Assembly: GCA_016207905.1 (NCBI GenBank)
Contig: JACQZC010000045.1
Coordinates: 3,614 to 67,613, forward strand
Source: Nitrospirota bacterium
GTDB lineage: Bacteria; Nitrospirota; Thermodesulfovibrionia; Thermodesulfovibrionales; JdFR-86
Reading direction: 5' to 3'
DNA: 64,000 nucleotides
The notes under the pieces were generated by a model. It ran no database searches, was not told the DNA's origin, and saw only the letters and a program-made list of their open reading frames with translations. Below, in pieces: positions 61,488 through 64,000 of this stretch. Made by a program: the position numbers and the translations under genes. Numbering within the stretch: position 1 is the stretch's first letter; every line of letters begins with the position of its first letter.

Positions 61488-64000
61488 TTCTCTTTTTCCT
61501 TAAATGCCTTAGAAAGCCTTTTAACCCATATCTCTATAAGCTGTAATAGATTACCTGTGTCAGCCTCATGGAGTGCATTCAGGTATCTTTCTTTTTCCTC
61601 AGGTTCTACAGATGCTGTCTCAGCAGGCGGAAGTCTTAACTTGAAAAGTATTGCAGTTAATAGAATTCTTCCTACACGTCCATTGAAGTCCCTGAAAGGA
61701 TGAATCCACTGAAACCGCCAGTCTGCATAGGCAAGTGTCTCTGATATTTTTTCTATATCTTTTTCTTTTGAAGCAAATGATAATCTTACTGCTAAATCCT
61801 CACAATACAATCGCACAAGAACAGGCGCTTCATAAAAGGGTGGAGGGGTGTGTGTGCCTACTTTGACATTTACATCTCTGAACCTTCCTGCCCAGTCAGG
61901 GAAGAGCGAACCTGCTATATCATTATGAAGTTTGCAAATCCATTCAGAGGTAAAATATATATCTTCAGGAGAGGTTTCAATAATGGCTTCTATGGTTTTT
62001 GCAACTGATACCGCAAGGATTTCAGAGACTTCGGAATAAGTTTTTATCCCCTGTGCTGTCTCAAAATAGCGGGTTGAATTTAGCGGACGGGTGCTGTCTT
62101 GTCCTTCTTTAGGAGTTCCTTCAGACGGTTTATACTCACTGGCTCCTTCTCGAACTCCATGGACTTCACTACCCAGTCCAGAACCTTCTTCTGATACGCC
62201 TTCCGCAGGGACTTTATATCTGCGTGGTTTTTCTGCCACTCCTTGAAATCTTGTTGAGCCTTTCTTATCTCTGCCTTCGTCATCTTTGTCTCCCTTTTCT
62301 TTATTCTGCCATTTATCAGCATTTAAGGCAATAGTATTGATTTCTGTCTGATACAACCTTATAGCTTCAGAAACCCTTTTCTTTCGTTCCTTTTCAGGGG
62401 TGGTGAAGGAGATGCGGGGAATGGGGAAAGATTTAATGTCATCTGGATAGGTATGAAGTTGTCCCCCAATAAATGAAGTAAAATACCATCTGTTTAAAGA
62501 AGAGTTTATTATTGATAAACAAAAAGCGAGATTGTATTTTTCAGAAAGATTTTCATCTCCTTGAGAGATTTTTATCTTTCGAGAAGTTACATTTCTCAAG
62601 AGATATTTTGGCACTACAAGGCTAACAGTATGCTCAGTATAAAATCCATTCGTATCAAGTGAGGCCTGTACCCCGTTCTTACCAGTTACATCAGGTATAA
62701 TCAGTTTAGTATTCTCGAATAGTTCAGGAAACATTGGATTATAAAGTTCTTCGGGGCGGTAAAGTAAAAATTTTTTCCTCGGCGTAATCGAATATCGCCT
62801 TACATCTTCTCCATCTAACATTGGTTTAGCATCTTTTATCTGTCCATTATCTACCACATACTTTTTAATATTTCCACTTCTTGCACCCCAATTTGTGTAA
62901 CAAATTTGCCCCAGTCTTACTGACCTGCCGCCAATTTTATCTTTCAAATGAGAATAGGCATCGTTTATCTCTAAACGGAACATTTTATATGGTATTTTAC
63001 TTAATAATGCTGATGGAATATGATTTAGGTGTCCTTTAATTCCATGTAACCAAGGATCTTCTTCTTGATTCAGCACTGTTATTTCTGAAGGGCAACCACC
63101 TTTTCCAAAAAATAAAAGAATGTTTCGTACTGTAGCGTCAGGAAAGACCTTCCAGCCTGAAAGATTTACGATGTGTAATGGAGAACCATTTTGAAGTAAA
63201 AGATCTCTTACAGGTTCGCCATAGCGCTCATATAAAAAAGGGTACGGTATAATGAAACCAAACACTCCACTATTTGACAACAATTCGTAGCCTTGACCAA
63301 TAAAAGGAATATAGATATCAAATCTCCCCTTGACCAATTTAGAGATGTGTAATAAATAATCTCGGTTTTCCTTTGGTATATTCTCAACATTCACATAAGG
63401 CGGATTACCAATCACGCAATCAAATCCCGGGTTCTCTTTTTCCCCCCTCTCTGTGTAAAACACCTCCGGGAACTCTATCCTCCAGTGGAAAAACATTTTC
63501 TCTTTTGCAACCTGTAAAGCCTTTTTACATTTTTCCACTATTTCAGGATATGTCTCTTTTTCATATTCTAATGTATACGCAAGCTGGTCCACTCTGCTAT
63601 AACTTTCCCCCATATCCATAAAGTGCTTTGCCGTGGCTACATCAAGCCTTCTGCGAATTGGCTCTACTTCCTTTTGAGCAGAATTAAAAAGCTCATTGCT
63701 TTTTTTAGCCTCGGTTATAGTTGCATCCGTTAATTCTGAAACTTGTGTTACAAAAGATAAAGTGCGTTTCACTTTGGCAAAAGATTCCGTATCAGTAAAC
63801 TTCACTATGTCATCACTTGAAGTATCAAGAATTTTAGGTACTATAATAGATGAAATATCCAGCACCCCGATTAAGCTATTCCCGCATTTCAAATGATGGT
63901 CAAGGAATGAAAGTGGAGCTCCTAAAGTGAATGAGTCAAGCCATAAAGAAAGCTTTGCAAGCTCAACCGCCATATCATTAAGGTCAACGCCATAGATAAC
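61484..64000 (-). CDS. gamma-class N6-adenine DNA methyltransferase (Eco57I/type IIG- or PglX-like, with TaqI_C-type specificity domain) fused in frame to a C-terminal Fic domain; the 5' end lies beyond the window
   Basis: The frame is open to the window edge (VIYGVDLNDMAVELAKLSLWL...). Motifs are FHWRIEFPEVF, motif IV VIGNPPYV, TRD-like sequence ending FPIPRISFTTPEKERKK, a G/E/K-rich linker, then a Fic fold with HPFRDFNGRVGR at 61667-61702. Confidence 0.8.
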   Translation of the reverse strand, partial: VIYGVDLNDMAVELAKLSLWLDSFTLGAPLSFLDHHLKCGNSLIGVLDISSIIVPKILDTSSDDIVKFTDTESFAKVKRTLSFVTQVSELTDATITEAKKSNELFNSAQKEVEPIRRRLDVATAKHFMDMGESYSRVDQLAYTLEYEKETYPEIVEKCKKALQVAKEKMFFHWRIEFPEVFYTERGEKENPGFDCVIGNPPYVNVENIPKENRDYLLHISKLVKGRFDIYIPFIGQGYELLSNSGVFGFIIPYPFLYERYGEPVRDLLLQNGSPLHIVNLSGWKVFPDATVRNILLFFGKGGCPSEITVLNQEEDPWLHGIKGHLNHIPSALLSKIPYKMFRLEINDAYSHLKDKIGGRSVRLGQICYTNWGARSGNIKKYVVDNGQIKDAKPMLDGEDVRRYSITPRKKFLLYRPEELYNPMFPELFENTKLIIPDVTGKNGVQASLDTNGFYTEHTVSLVVPKYLLRNVTSRKIKISQGDENLSEKYNLAFCLSIINSSLNRWYFTSFIGGQLHTYPDDIKSFPIPRISFTTPEKERKKRVSEAIRLYQTEINTIALNADKWQNKEKGDKDDEGRDKKGSTRFQGVAEKPRRYKVPAEGVSEEGSGLGSEVHGVREGASEYKPSEGTPKEGQDSTRPLNSTRYFETAQGIKTYSEVSEILAVSVAKTIEAIIETSPEDIYFTSEWICKLHNDIAGSLFPDWAGRFRDVNVKVGTHTPPPFYEAPVLVRLYCEDLAVRLSFASKEKDIEKISETLAYADWRFQWIHPFRDFNGRVGRILLTAILFKLRLPPAETASVEPEEKERYLNALHEADTGNLLQLIEIWVKRLSKAFKEKEK
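62080..62283 (-). CDS. embedded alternative-frame ORF (67 aa), candidate Fic-associated antitoxin or N-terminal Fic segment
   Basis: GGGAG (62294-62290) lies 6 nt upstream of the ATG at 62283. The product MTKAEIRKAQQDFKEWQKNHADIKSLRKAYQKKVLDWVVKSMEFEKEPVSINRLKELLKKDKTAPVR looks helical and protein-like, whereas the main frame here is low-complexity. It ends immediately 5' of the Fic domain. Confidence 0.4.
   Translation of the reverse strand: MTKAEIRKAQQDFKEWQKNHADIKSLRKAYQKKVLDWVVKSMEFEKEPVSINRLKELLKKDKTAPVR

Noticed and set aside
57435-64000. A single co-transcribed MTase-Fic / helicase / radical SAM defence operon
   Set aside because: All the genes are co-oriented. However, a 282-bp spacer with a candidate promoter (60911-60940) separates the RM-Fic genes from the helicase, and both the helicase and the radical SAM enzyme belong to families with housekeeping roles. 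I kept this only as a hypothesis under the helicase finding.
1-64000. CRISPR arrays, rRNA genes, transposases, integrases, reverse transcriptases
   Set aside because: I scanned the ORF translations and intergenic regions. No regularly spaced repeat array, rRNA-like sequence, DDE/tyrosine/serine recombinase or RT motif was seen.

Overview
A 64-kb chromosomal window from a diderm, probably anaerobic bacterium. The gene content resembles Nitrospirota/Thermodesulfobacteriota-type genomes, but no taxonomic call is possible without a database search. Positions 1-49.4 kb are mostly housekeeping, in this order: a partial P-type ATPase; a small-gene cluster with a vapC relic; an STT3/AglB-like GT-C membrane protein co-oriented with an orphan family-5 solute-binding lipoprotein; livHMGF; CooT; a lipoate-ligase family protein; a Cache/CxxCH histidine kinase with a sigma54-type response regulator; DUF3786; a complete dcw cluster on the minus strand (mraZ-rsmH-ftsL-ftsI-murE-murF-mraY-murD-ftsW-murG-murC-murB-ddl-ftsQ-ftsA-ftsZ) with a recognisable Pmra promoter and MraZ boxes; ihfA-merR-tRNA-Pro(GGG); secG-tpiA; nifS; a PHP hydrolase; a TPR protein; a LysM lytic transglycosylase; ribH; a lipoprotein plus ABC-2 exporter; purC; and a translationally coupled tamB-bamA pair. 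From 49.4 kb the content becomes accessory. A mazEF-like pair, dinD, a HARE-HTH-like protein, a beta-class DNA methyltransferase with an Mrr-like C-terminal domain and an HTH gene preceded by iterons sit between tamB and an MFS/tsaB/rimI block. After an XRE regulator, a degenerate leaderless receiver protein, an orphan AmmeMemoRadiSam-type radical SAM enzyme and an archaeal-type Hel308 helicase comes the most unusual locus, at 61.0-64.0 kb. There an Eco57I/type IIG-like N6-adenine methyltransferase gene, truncated by the window edge, carries an in-frame Fic-domain cassette inserted into its C-terminal linker. The normal C-terminal tail is left as a separate ATGA-coupled 153-aa ORF. A Shine-Dalgarno-led 67-aa ORF is embedded in an alternative frame exactly where a class I Fic antitoxin would sit. 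A second notable anomaly is that murD lacks the central-domain motifs present in its three Mur-ligase paralogues in the same window. No rRNA, CRISPR array, transposase or integrase was seen. All functional calls rest on my own motif and family recognition from the translations; no searches were run.
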